A DNA stretch of 64,000 bases. Source: Bispira polyomma (taxonomy: Eukaryota). A program made the position numbers and the translations under genes. The stretch lies in contig OZ287752.1 of assembly GCA_965649765.1 (NCBI GenBank), forward strand, positions 54,064,001 to 54,128,000, read 5' to 3'. The notes beneath the pieces were generated by a model. That model saw only the letters and a program-made list of their open reading frames with translations. It had not been told where the DNA came from and searched no databases. Shown here piece by piece: positions 51,751-64,000 of the stretch (position 1 is the first letter of the stretch; every line of letters starts with the position of its first letter).

Positions 51751-53669
51751 ATGAGTTGTGTGAGATTTATTGCTATCAGGACCAGCATGGGGGTCTGAGT
51801 CCACAGTGGCCATATCAATGTTATATCAGGTGTAATTCACATTGTGGGCCTGTGTATTTTGTAGAAGACATCTTCTATTTGACAAGACAATTTAATTGGC
51901 GTGGGCTTAGGAATAATATTTTGTATTATCAGAACTTTTTTAGCTCACCAAGACATGCAAAATATACATTTTAGGTCTACTTCAAAATGTATCAGCATCG
52001 TCCTAAATCCATAGGTAAATTGATTCAATGGTTTTTGTGTAATTATTGTGACAAACAAATTAAACCGACCAGCCAAGAAAAACATAACCTCTTTTAACAG
52101 AGTGAACAAAATTATAAAGTCTAGCTTTATATCACAGTTCCCCTGTGGAACAGGTCAAGACATTAAGGAGAGCAAACCAACTATACAAATGAAGACGAGA
52201 TTGCGGAAATAATTTTATTAGTCACTATATTGAAAGCTATTATGTACAGTTAGAGTTTAAGTTCAGGGCATAAGGACGCCATAGCCTAAGGCTTGAAATT
52301 TAAATTTAAGTTTGAGAATGAGTTTAAGTCCAAACTTGAAGCTAATTGAATAGATTTGAGTTTAAGTTGCAACTTACAATTTTGACTTAAAGTTGCAACT
52401 TAGAAAGTTTAGTTTAAGTTCAAGTTAAAGTACAATATGTACTCTGTACTTAAGGTGACCTTATTCCCTGACAGTAATGAATTTGGTTACTGTCATGTTG
52501 ACTGTTATCTGAATATTCATACTCTTTGAGATAATTAATCTAACCATGAAAGGGGTTAGACCTCTAACAAATGTAAAGTAAAAGATCAAAAAGACTAAAA
52601 TAGTTGTAAATTATAAATAATGATAAAAAGAAGTTGATTGGCCATCAACTTCTCTTGGTAGATAATATTTTATACCCGTCAAATTTCGTAAAGTAATGTA
52701 ATTTGTGGTTAGTGAGTGTTTGTAATGGTGTAGCATTCTTCGTAATAAATATATCTGTGTGGGGAGTCAATTGGCTTAGTTGACAATGCCTTTAGTATAA
52801 TTATTACCAATACACTATGCTATGTAAAAACATTAAATATAAAGACCTGATGTGTTTGTGTTTTTTTTGTAATTAAATTCATGATGAATAACATCCATCT
52901 TATTGACAATGACTTATGAAAGTTGATATTTTATACTAATAATTATGATGTATAAACAGATCCCATGAATGCAAACATGGTAACACTAAACTTATAACCC
53001 TGGACAAAACATACCCTGGACATTAAAAGAAAACATTGAAAGCCGTCACATTAGCTAGTGTTACATGTTAATCTGATGGTTTTGTTACATCTGACTGACT
53101 TGCTCTAGATGAATTGACAATGTAGGATGGGGTGTACTTTTAAAGCAATTGGTAAGGCCCGTTCTTATTCAGACATGCATCCGTGATGCTTCATTGCAGG
53201 AGGTTACACCATGAAGGGACGGTTACACCATGTATATTTTCCCCCCATCACATCCCCAAAATATAACTTCATAACGGACAATAATGACCCCCACCAATAC
53301 ATCACTAAGTGCATTAAAAGTACACTAACTTCTCCTAATTGCAACTATCGCAAAATCAGCCAGAATAAGCCAACACAGCCTGTAACTGACGAACAAACTG
53401 ATGCAACACTAATCACGATGCCCATCTCCTACAAAAACCCTCACGAATGTCATCCATCCCTGAAATGTTAACAGTTTGAAACTTTTGTGATGGCACGACT
53501 TATGCACACAGATATCAATGAAGACTTCCAAGTGCTCCTAATGTAGATAAATCTTGAAGTAAGTTGAAACCTACTGTCAATGACCGCCACGAAAACGTCC
53601 GTGGTGCGTTTATGGCGACCATCCATGTTAATGAGACAAACAACTAAGACTCAGTCTCACATATCAAAT

Positions 53670-54370
53670 CACTATCTCACATGTGTTACCACTTTTGACA
53701 TATCTATTAGTCACATGTTTGCTTCACCAACTCATTGACATATTTTGTTCTGCACAGGTACAGGCAGGTCTCGGGCAGTCTCAATAAAGGCCAGCAAACC
53801 AAAATCAATATTAAACTCCAGTTCAGTGTTCCTCAAGGATCAGTGCAAGGGTCAAATCTACATTATAAATGTACCATGAAAATTGGAAACATGTTAAAAA
53901 GGTGTTTCTGGATTTCTTACTATCTATTTTTATTTGTCATTCAGCACAGATGATGGACAGCCCTAAATATCGCCCATTATAAATATGCAACATTGCATTT
54001 CCAACATAACATATTAAGTAAGAGAGAATGAAACTGTAAACAACAGAAATAACTTGGCTCTGTTGTAAATTTTCAAAATGAAGGTTGATGCCGAAAACTT
54101 TTGTAAATCATGTTACTTACATCTCACGACAGTGTAAGACATTATGACCTGTCTTTATTCACAGGCCTAAATGACCCATAAATACATGTACAAAACATCT
54201 AGACAGCACTACTCTAATGGAATACTCATTGGTGCTCACAATTATCTGTTGGATAAGTCACGGTGTGTCCAAAACTGTGTTGCAAGGCTTGTGTTCTTTG
54301 GATCATTTCTACTGCTGTGGTCAAGTCAACAGTATATTAAACAAGATCTTAAAACATGTATCTGTTCAAA
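53670..54370 (+). mobile_element. Old, decayed L2-type LINE RT/3' fragment
   Basis: LQFSVPQGSVQG and SRQHYSNGILIG..LLDKSRCVQNCVARLV remnants. Confidence 0.75.
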
Positions 54371-56032
54371 ATTGTTTTTTGACTTTTATATCTGCAACTC
54401 TGTTTATTCTCCACGATTTCTTTTATTTAATGTTTAACCTTTTCCCCACAGTTTACTACAGAAATGATATGGACTTACTCGTGCTGACATTTCTGACATC
54501 AAAGTATCACCCCCGTAATAACTTACATTTTGAAAAGCATTGTGGAAAGTTATGCCTTTGTTATTAAAATAACTCTTCGTATGAGTTTCATTAGTTTGAA
54601 TAGTATTTGTTGTATTTATAGCCACATCTTCACAAATATACAAATATATTTAACTTTGAGATGCTTATGTGTTTTGTATGTATAATCCCACCTCCGCAGC
54701 CGTGTGTTCAATTCACCCTGGCATGTGGGATATTGGTAGTAGACTTGCTGAATGCTGGTGCTTTCCCATGCAGAAATCTCCTTTACTCCACTAATTAACC
54801 GACAGTTGCAAAATAATACTTTGCTCCAAATGTTTATATCATATTGTATTATACATTTTTTATTCAACACAGTATGCCGCTGCATTACGGGACTCGAACG
54901 GAAAAGGAGTACCACTAACTATAATTCCCCTTAAAGGACCTATAAAGGACCACCAATTTTAAGTGGTCGTCCTAGCCACTATAACCCAGGGGAGGTTCAA
55001 AACACAGGTCCTCTGTGATCATATAAGTGTCTGTGTTACCTAATACACTACAGTGGCCTATTTTTAGATTTAATCTCACAAAGCAACAAATTCTACCCAC
55101 ACAGAAGAATAACAAAATATAGATGCATAGATTGTATCAAAAGATCCAAGAAAAAATGTATTTTTACACCAGCAGCTGGGAATTTAGGATAAATTATTGT
55201 GACAGTGGTGTTAATTCTGAATTCTCTCCGAAAGATCTATACATATTTTCTGAGACCACCAAAGTTGGTTGTATTTTTGTTCCTTTTCTTGAAAATGGAG
55301 AATTGACTTTAAATTTAGGCCACTCATTTTATAACCAGTGTCACTTCATTATACATGTCTTAGTTTTATAATACTTGACAGTATTGCCAATAGTTGACAA
55401 AGTTTAATTCTCATTAAATTGCTTACTCAAACATAGACATCACTTAAATTTTGGAATGGGAGTTTTATTTTTCAGCCAAACTTTCCAAAACTACAGTAAT
55501 TTCCGGGATTTAAATGTAGCGCCAAAGCAACTATAGGGGTGAGTGTTGTGGGGGGTTTTTTGTTGTTGTTTTTTTCCAAAGGAATCCCACATCACAGACT
55601 GATGCCTATCATTAAATGTACTAGTGCCACTACCAAATCCTTGGAGTCTCTTAAAGGCTGAACATGTCCAAACATTTGTAGCAGTTATCACCCCTTAGAA
55701 TCACCTTTTCTTGCTAGCCAAAGTAAAGAATTGCATCCCACCCACAGCATTTAGGTTTTGCAGGCACTATCTCCCGGCAACAGTTTATTTTAGTTTTTTT
55801 TTTTTTTTTTGGTTTCTTAAACATCCATTTACCTCCGTCTTCTTAACCAGTAATGGGACCATAAAACTGCAATTCTTATCCAGCAAAGGTTTGGCACCGT
55901 AAAGCCGTTCCGTGATTTCTCACATGCAAATATGTTTTACGAACTAGGTTATTTTAACACCACAAGATAAACTGTTTTAACATTATCAGGAACACAATTC
56001 AAGATGGTGTGGTCTTCATTTTTCTTCATACC

Positions 56033-56166
56033 NNNNNNNNNNNNNNNNNNNNNNNNNNNNNNNNNNNNNNNNNNNNNNNNNNNNNNNNNNNNNNNNNNNN
56101 NNNNNNNNNNNNNNNNNNNNNNNNNNNNNNNNNNNNNNNNNNNNNNNNNNNNNNNNNNNNNNNNNN
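56033..56166. other. Assembly gap (N run)
   Basis: Run of N. Confidence 1.
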
Positions 56167-57261
56167 TATATCCCTGTTTTATGGAGGCCAAAAGCATTGA
56201 TTACCTATTCTCTTGGCTGCACAAGTACGTCCAAAATAGCACCTCTAAATGTCAACTGAGGAAAGAGGTTTCAGAATGAATCAATTGTGAGGTTTTAATT
56301 GTATACCACATAATGATATTAAAGACATTTCAGCAGCAATCTGTATAATTCAAATTGATGAAAATATTTTTTAAAAAAATAAAGAAAAGGTTCACCACCA
56401 TTGGCTAGAATGATAAAGAAGTACTTAACAATGCCATAAATCCTTTGACTATAGGAGAAACGTTAACCAACAGATTTGAGATAACCTAATAACCAAAATC
56501 ATATTAATCTTGTATCAAAGTGAACTATGAATATTTTACTGAAAATATCTCATTTATATAATGAAAGATAGTCTTGTTGTTATAAGAAATCACAGCACAC
56601 ATGTCTTGTTTTAATAGGTATATTATATTTTTTCAAAGTTTTAAACATTCTAGCCCTTGCATTGTGGTTCTCTGTGGCTTTTTAGTTTAGAGCCCGTACT
56701 CAACTATTGGACTAACGGCCAAGTCAGGCTTAAATCTAGTATACTTTTGTGATAGATTTAAGCCCAAGATTTGGCTAAGCTCTTTTGTGTATACCGCCCC
56801 TGGAGTCTAGTCTGGTTATCAAAGGGTCCAAGTTTTGACCACCACTAAAACCACAATATTCACTGGGGCCTAACACCCATAGGAAAGATGTAAACCCACA
56901 ACTACCTTCTGAAAATGACCGATGCTGTGCTGTAGAAGTAAATCCCTATACATAAAAACCAAGCACCTTAGAGTACAAATATTATTTGTGCTACCAAAAA
57001 AAAAACCCCGACCTGACCAAGTTTCCTGCATAAAGGAAGCAGTGGTGACTCAATATCACTGTCCTGAGAGCTGTCAGGCTAGTGGTGCAAGCAGATGCCA
57101 CTACTAAGCCACCATGGTCAATTAGGTGTTTACAAAACCACAATTTAATACCGCTTGCTAAACGCAGATTCAATTTTAGACGTTAATACCATAATTGGGT
57201 ACATTAGTTCATTAGTGGAAATACATGTACTACAAGTATAAAATAATTAATTTGTACATAC

Positions 57262-57363
57262 CCTATATTTGTCTGTTTCCCCTACAGCTTCATAACTACA
57301 CAGTGAAAGTATGGTGTACACCACCAAAATGGACAAACTGGAACAGATACACCAGGTAGCCAT
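57262..57363 (-). CDS. CCAP: Signal-peptide exon of the CCAP-like precursor (MATWCICSSLSILVVYTILSLCSYEAVG-ETDKYR)
   Basis: ATG at 57363, hydrophobic core, AVG/E cleavage site, donor AGG|GTATGT in phase 0 matching the 34838 acceptor. The exon begins at a strong acceptor ttctatcttcttacAG (57486-57485), giving a 5'UTR at 57364-57484. Confidence 0.7.
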
Positions 57364-58497
57364 GTGTTCTTTTTATTGTGTCAAGGTCACGGTTGTGCTA
57401 AGCCAATAGAAATTGCTGTGGAATGTGGTATTTAAATTTCTTCTTCTACTTCTTGACTTCTGTATTAAATTATGCTTTCATATCCTGTAAGAAGATAGAA
57501 ATATAGATTATAAAGTTAGTATTACAGATAAACATCTTCTACAACTGTAGTGTATAAACCCAATTTACTTATTGTAGTTGACAATTAAAGGCTGGGTGAG
57601 CAAGCCGGAAGGCCGTTTATCACTTGTCAAACAAAACCTAAGCGACAGGATTCCATTTCTATTATAAATACTGTTTATTACAATATTTCTATTAATTTCA
57701 CTGTTATGAAAAAACAAACAATTTTTTTTTTGTAGCTTCAAGGCTATTTTTCATGTGCCTCCATCTTAGTATCACTTCTGCTCCCTGTTAATGACCAGAT
57801 ATAACTTTATAATTAAATATAAAATAACCAATATTTACCCAGTCACCAATTTGACTATATATTGCATGGTCATTATCTCTGCCAAGCAGAGTATGTCATA
57901 ACCTGCATCCTGCGGGTCACAGTGATTAACGTGAAACATGTTGGAGAGGGGAGAGATGCTTTTCTAGAGGCTTATATATTAGTAAAAGTCATTTTAATTG
58001 TGCTGAATTGGAAACATAGATATATTGAAAACAACGCCTTTAAGGTATCTAAAGTTATAAAGTAAGAAAATGATAAATAAAGATTGTATTTTTGGATTTT
58101 TTTTTTTAAATTTGAATTCAATTTTCAATAAAAGTGACACCAAATAAGACGTGTCTATTTTTTTAATGACTAATTGCTGTATAACTATAATGACACACAG
58201 ATGCTATTGAAATATAGGCTGAATAATCATACAAATACATTTTTATGGAAAAAAAAGCCTTTTGTAACAAGTGCACTGTATTTACTTACCAAAAACCAAT
58301 CTAAGGACAATGTAAACTGATGCTAAGCGAACATTAAAAAGTTTAATTTTTTTTTACTGTGGAAGTGTGAAATCAACCTTGAGTTTAAATTACAACTTTA
58401 ATTAAAAGTAATACCTCTGATCACCATCACTAAAATAGCACTTAGCATGGCAAATATGTAAAATAACAGATATTCGGCGAATCATATAAATTATAAG

Positions 58498-59202
58498 AAA
58501 AGACTTGGTAAAATGTCACTGATGTCTTACACGAGAATGGCAATTAGTAGAGTGCATCCCTCCATGACCTATACCCTACGTAGCAAAAATCAAATGTATG
58601 GGCTGTTTTGTACAAATTCAGTACACATCTTTATACGTTTGTACACGCATTTAATATGTTTTAATAGCTTTTTCAATTTTGTTTAAGCCACGTTTTAATA
58701 ATACGTGAGCCTCGTTGGCTACATTTTAGCCTTGTTAGCCATGTTTTACAATTATGTTAGTCACGCTTCTAAACTTGTTTCAGTCTCATTCTCCTTGTTT
58801 TTAACATTTGTAAGCCCGTTTCATTCTTGTTTTCCTTTTCCCTAATATTATGTATAGGTATAGTTAGTTTTACTCCTGCTTTTCAATTCAAATATGCATT
58901 GAATATGTTTCATACGTTTGCCGCAAACGCACCACCCGTTTCCAGAAATTTTTGCAGCAAACGGCTAAAAATGTAAAAATTTCTTGCAGTCTGAAAATTA
59001 AGACGTTTTTTTAAAAGCAGGAGATAACAAAACTTGAGGTACCACCTTTTCCTTACGTTTACTGCCGTTACTTCCGTTTACTATGTTTTACTTCTGTTTT
59101 ACTTCTGTTTTATTTCTGTTTTACTTCGGTTCACTACGTTTTATCTTATGTTAGCCATTTTTCGTGCATAATCGAAATGTAAGGCCAATGTGACCAAGGC
59201 AT
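58498..59202. mobile_element. Probable MITE with degenerate TIRs and internal short repeats
   Basis: Left aaagacttggtaaaatg versus right aatgtgaccaaggcatt; internal cgttt and ttacttctgtt repeats. Confidence 0.45.
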
Positions 59203-60119
59203 TAGGTAATATTAATAGTGGAAGGAACCAGTGCTCGAGCATTGTAAACCACCGACCTACGGTTAATACCTCACAACTTTTCCCATATGAATTAACAAAC
59301 AGAATTTAAACCAACATTGGTGAGTGGCCAGTAATGGTGAAGCAGGCGCTTCTAATCAATTACAGGATATGGAGGATGGGGTCTACTTCCAGACTATATT
59401 GTGAACATCAATGTTAAAATGTTGTCAAAAAAAGTTGAAATGTGGCTCCAACCCGATGTAAAAGGTAGGTTCTTGGACCGAGACATCCTGAACTTTTTGG
59501 ATTTGCCTGATGCAAGGCATGTACTAATGAAACATCCATTAATCTATTTCGGAGTTGAACTAATTAGGAGGGTTGATGTGGGAATGTTTTACAATATTTT
59601 GGCACTGGGACATTTTGGTGTAGATATGCATTCTATTGAGTGCTCTTCTAGTTTTGAGAAATATGACACTGTTGAAAACATTCATGCCATTTCCTAGCCA
59701 CAATGAGTATGTAGCCTTGAAATGAAGTAAAACTAGCTTGAGATCACTCCCACTTGCTTTCTTTGTCTTAAAAACCTGCACTTATGAAAGAGCTTGAGAA
59801 TTAATCCTTAAGTGTTCGGTATATGAGAAGATATTTTAGTAATATATATTCGGTTACGCTGAAATTATAGCTTGATTCAAAACATAACTGCGCAGAAATT
59901 TATGCAGTTAATTGTCACAATTAGTGTAATCAAAACATCTTGTTTTTCTGTTTTAAGAATAAATTTAGGTAAAAAATTATCCAGTGTTTTTTTTACTGCA
60001 AAGTTCCTTTATTTTAATTAGTCACTTCTTGTTCAGGTAGAAAAAGTGATGTTCTGCAAAAGTATATATGTTATTTGCACAATGAGGCAAATATAATTGA
60101 CCACAGGAAATAGAGTTAA

Positions 60120-60612
60120 GGGCATTGCAGACCGCCAACTACACTACATCACAAAAAAAAACACAGAAATGACACAATATATATATAAAAAATATTGATT
60201 ATTCAGACTACCTCCTACAGGACATTACACAACACCACACTGCAATTTAACATGGACAAATCTCTAAAAAAACGTTTTCTTGTTAGGTTGCGATATAAAA
60301 ATAATAATATTATATTAGACTTTTTAGCACTTATTTTCGTTGTAACGAATTCTAAGGCGCAAAAAAAACACAGCCAGAGCCCAAAATCATTAGTGATTGA
60401 CAGAAGGAAGTAGTCATCAGTACTTCCATCGAAAACCGGAAGGAGACTATGATATATCAAAAGTAGCAAAGTATATTCCGGGATGGAGGAAGTGGGCTTG
60501 CATTAATACTTTTATATGGGTTATGCAGTGTGGTATCGTGTTTGGTGTGAATAGTACTGACGTGACGTGCTCTGTAGTGTAGTGAAGTGTAGTCAGCAGT
60601 TTGTAAGGCCCT
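60120..60612. mobile_element. TIR MITE (Harbinger-like), followed directly by a partial second copy (60614-60790)
   Basis: agggcattgcagaccgccaactacact is inverted to agtgtagtcagcagtttgtaaggccct; subterminal actac repeats. Confidence 0.7.
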
Positions 60613-61534
60613 TGAAGGACTTTACAGACCGCCGACTACATGCCTTAACACTACACTACAAAAAACAGAAATAATATATAAAGGCTATATAGCTTGCACT
60701 ACACTACGCCACACTATACTGCAAGATACTGTAGTTCAATTTAACATATAAATATTCAACTATGGATTATCTAGTGTTGTGCCGTGTCGTGAAGTTATCT
60801 TCTAAAAGATAGAAATCTGGCGCTTCTTAAAAAGTTGCCACCTATTATGCCTATAATTTCTAATTATCTGGTAACGTCACCTTCTTTACCTCGGGTATCA
60901 ACTTTAACCTCAAGGTCAATTTCAATTCTCTTCCTTGTTAGTGTTCTTAAATTACCTATTGGTATGGTGTGGATGTGTGAATTTGCATGGATACCGTGAC
61001 TGTTCTTGACTATTCTTATATGGACCTTTTAAAAATCTGCATAACATCGTATTCTTACATTATCATGTACTTATTCATCCCTCATTTTTCTTTTCTTTCC
61101 TACTTCCACACTGATTAAAAATTGCAGCTATACTTGTTGTTGTTACCAACAAAATTACATCACAATGAAAAATTTGTCTACAACATCATCATTTATAGTT
61201 TAAATACTATGGTGAGTAACCATGTAATATTTGGCAACTCGAGTATTGGTAATGGAATAAATGAAGTAGGTGTCCAGTATTTTTTTTCTGATGGCATCAT
61301 TATATCATAAACGATAATTGGAGAACATGAACAAGGCGTGAACTGATTTGCAATTGTTGAATTGAGAAGGCAACCAGTACAGAAGTCAGTCGTTAACAGG
61401 ATAACAAAATTGTTTCCTTCTATTACCATGACATCTATTCGCAATCAGCAAGGATTTTGCAATGGTTGAATAGCAAGGAAAGTAAATGATGAGTAATTGT
61501 TTAGGATTTTAGCACAGAGGCAAACTTGTATATT

Positions 61535-61875
61535 GTATTACAGATTTTTAACGTGACTTATTGATGCAAGGCATCTTCTAAACCGCAACAAAAGAATTGA
61601 TTAACTAATAGAAGAGTCCAAAAACAAAGCAAGGCGGTAATGAAGTATGTAGGGGTGTGCAAGGAGGGAACTAAGGCGCGAGGGGGGGGGGGGGGGGGGT
61701 GAGGCGAGTTTGAAGAGGTGGGTTTAAAGCTTTTTCTAAAAACCAGAAAGTGTTTTTAGTGATGTAAGCTCATCAGGGAGACTATTTCATAACATAGGGA
61801 CGGCAATAGAGAAAGTTCTAGATTCAGCCATCTTAGTTGGTTTTCCAGAGGAAACAGAAAGCCTCTGAAAGCTAA
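61535..61875 (-). mobile_element. L2-type LINE 3' end, cut off on its 5' side by the Ngaro-type element
   Basis: Homologous to 8170-8400. The minus-strand tail reads gcggtttagaagatgccttgcatcaataa..gttaaaaat. Confidence 0.8.
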
Positions 61876-64000
61876 CGCCTCCAGCGTTGGCGGCCTCAGT
61901 TCTGGGGTACCAGGCTGTTCACTACTATGGGATGGATGGGCGAGTATATAAGCCATCCCCCTTTCAAATTCTCCCACCTTTTACCGTTTGTCAGCAGAGC
62001 ACTAGGAAAATTCAAATACCGTTTGGGTGACAAAGAGAGTGTTTTATGGTTTATGTTTTATACTGTTATGTGGTTTTAGTATTTTAATTCAATATACACT
62101 CAAGTCATGCCAGGTAAAAAGACTGTGTTTTGTCCGAAATGTTTGCAAAAGCATGAGAGGCCGGTTGGAAGAAACTGTTCGGTTAATATGCCTGATATCT
62201 CGGGTGAGGGAGTGGAGGTTGATGCTGGCTCTCATGAGGACTCACTGGTTCATCCGAACGAGGCTGTATCTAGCGCTATACTACAGCAGTTACAATCCCT
62301 TAGTCAGGTGGTCAAGAGGATGGATCAGCGAGTCCAGCAGACAGAGGCAGCGTTAGCAGCCAACCTCACCAGTAGTAAGGCTAGTACCATTCCTTCTAGC
62401 ATTACTCCTAGTGTTTCTAAAGAGCTAGTCTCTGCTGACAAAGGTAAAGGCCCACCTACTGGCCCAGATACTGTTGTTCCGAGTATCGAATTCTTGAATC
62501 AGAATGCTCACATTCAGTTGCAAGTCGAACAGAGGTTAAAGGAACTCCGGTCTCTTAATGAAAAGCCCTCAGATAAAATTAAGTCTCAGAGAACTGGGGG
62601 AAACGAGGTTATTGTAAAAAAGGCGATCGAATGGCCGCAGAATTATGTGCTGACGGGCAGTTCGAAGACTCGCCCTAGTTATGACGACCTAACCCTTGTA
62701 CAATGGGTTTGTGACTTCGCCCGGATCGCTCAGAAGGAGAAGTCGACTGAAATTAAGAACGTTATGCTAGATTACATGAGTGGCCTCATGGAGGACGCCC
62801 AAGACTTTTCGTGGGAGGCGGCGAAGGCTTGCCACGCTGTAGTCCTGACCAATATGGAAATGGACAAGCTCGGGTGGTTGGATGTCGAGAAGGTTGACTG
62901 GATTCGCAGGCCACACGCCCAACGTCATGTAGGTGTGTCGAGATCTATGTATGGGGCGAATGGCCGTGCTGTTAGCACTGGCAGTAGTAAAACTAGTCTG
63001 AAAAAGTCGACACCTTGCAGGTTTTTCCAGGAAGGGACTTACAAGTTCTCTAGTTCACACAACACAGGGGGGCAGATGTATAGGCATGGTTGTGAAACTT
63101 GTGGGGGTAGTCATAAGACCAGTATGTGTAGCAAAAAAGAGGCAAAAAACTGAGGGGCCACTGCTCTGATGTAGTGGTTAAAAAGGTGAAAAATTTTAAG
63201 GTTGTAAATAGAACTGTCTACGGCACAGGCTTCAAAGATTTTCATTTGTTGGGAAAAAATGTGTATCAGAAAATGTGTAGCTATATGAAGGTCAAAAGGC
63301 CTGATGTTAGTTATAGTGATGCTTTAAAAAGTACTGCTAGTACCAGGAAATCATGTTTGTATATAGTACTGGACATACAGAAAGTCTGAGCCATAAGGGT
63401 GGGGTTGACAGGTTCAGCTCTGGAAAGGTGACAAAAGGCAGATTTTTCCAACCACAAAAGGTTGGCAGAGATGAACTCAAGAATAATGTTGACACCTCTG
63501 CTGCCACATCTATTCAAAGGTTTGAAAAGTTAACACCTGTAATTGGCACCTCCATTCAACATTAACAAAGTGACACCTATTGTGAAGCGACCCCCTTGCA
63601 CAAAGCAACAGGGCGTGGAGACAAAAGGTGTTAGAAAATCGATTCAAAAGGGGGGCGAAAGGAGCCGCGTCAATGAAGCTAACTGTGGCCTTCAGCTTAG
63701 CACTCGGTTTTCCGCGTTGGCCCAGATACCTGTGGAGGACAATGCAGTCATAGTGAGGGCCGTTCGCTCTAGTAACACGCCGGGTAACAATGGGGGCAAA
63801 GCACCAAGAGACAAGTACTTGTGCAGAACGTGTGAATGAAAATGTTGAAATACGTCTTGATGGCAGGCATAATTATACTGGCCTCCAGATTCCTGTCCAT
63901 TCTCAATTAAAAGCTGAAACGTGGGGAAAGTATCTACAAACATACTGGGATTGGCAACTGCCTCTCCTTATAAAATACGGATTCCCTCTTGATGTGTGTT
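61876..64000 (+). mobile_element. 5' part of a second-family Ngaro-type YR retrotransposon (promoter, intact gag, start of pol), continuing past the window
   Basis: TATATAAG at ~61945 and a 348-aa gag. Pol remnants GRHNYTGLQIPVHSQL, WGKYLQTYWDWQLPLLIKYGFPLD at 63860-63995 are homologous to the pre-RT region of the 21-26 kb element. Confidence 0.88.
62107..63153 (+). CDS. Gag-like ORF1 of a Ngaro-type retrotransposon
   Basis: N-terminal C-x2-C-x3-H-x7-C knuckle (CPKCLQKHERPVGRNC), coiled coil, WPQ..YDDL..QWV, MEDAQDFSWEAAK, and C-terminal CRFF..H..HGCETCGGSH..C fingers. Confidence 0.88.
   Translation: MPGKKTVFCPKCLQKHERPVGRNCSVNMPDISGEGVEVDAGSHEDSLVHPNEAVSSAILQQLQSLSQVVKRMDQRVQQTEAALAANLTSSKASTIPSSITPSVSKELVSADKGKGPPTGPDTVVPSIEFLNQNAHIQLQVEQRLKELRSLNEKPSDKIKSQRTGGNEVIVKKAIEWPQNYVLTGSSKTRPSYDDLTLVQWVCDFARIAQKEKSTEIKNVMLDYMSGLMEDAQDFSWEAAKACHAVVLTNMEMDKLGWLDVEKVDWIRRPHAQRHVGVSRSMYGANGRAVSTGSSKTSLKKSTPCRFFQEGTYKFSSSHNTGGQMYRHGCETCGGSHKTSMCSKKEAKN

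Noticed and set aside
59401-59781. Possible Gypsy integrase C-terminal remnant (KKASGSDLKLVLLHFKAT..QDVSVQEP) on the minus strand
   Set aside because: Similarity is too short and degenerate to call without a profile search.

Overview
AT-rich animal genomic DNA (draft assembly, two N gaps), most likely a mollusc or other lophotrochozoan. That placement is inferred from a molluscan-type CCAP peptide and the SINE types. Two minus-strand spliced host genes can be rebuilt by hand; the ORF track shows only fragments of them. (i) A CCAP-family neuropeptide precursor: signal-peptide exon 57262-57363, ~22.4 kb intron, peptide exon 34437-34838, possible last exon 33044-33079. (ii) A secreted protein with the start of an H-type-lectin-like domain: five phase-compatible exons between 12675 and 2097, continuing off the left edge. 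The rest is mostly transposon-derived: three Ngaro-type tyrosine-recombinase (YR) retrotransposons (~3.5-7.6 kb, 21.2-26.3 kb, 61.9 kb-end), one decayed DIRS1-type element (13.6-16.2 kb), several L2/CR1-group LINE pieces, tRNA-derived SINEs, TIR MITEs and local tandem duplications. The most interesting signal is how the Ngaro-type elements may express their proteins. The ATG-less recombinase ORF starts at a conserved splice acceptor in phase with a CAAG|GTAAG donor in gag, predicting a spliced Gag-YR fusion. Another copy has a -1 frameshift signal at the gag-pol junction. One element also cleanly splits a SINE, which shows its exact ends.
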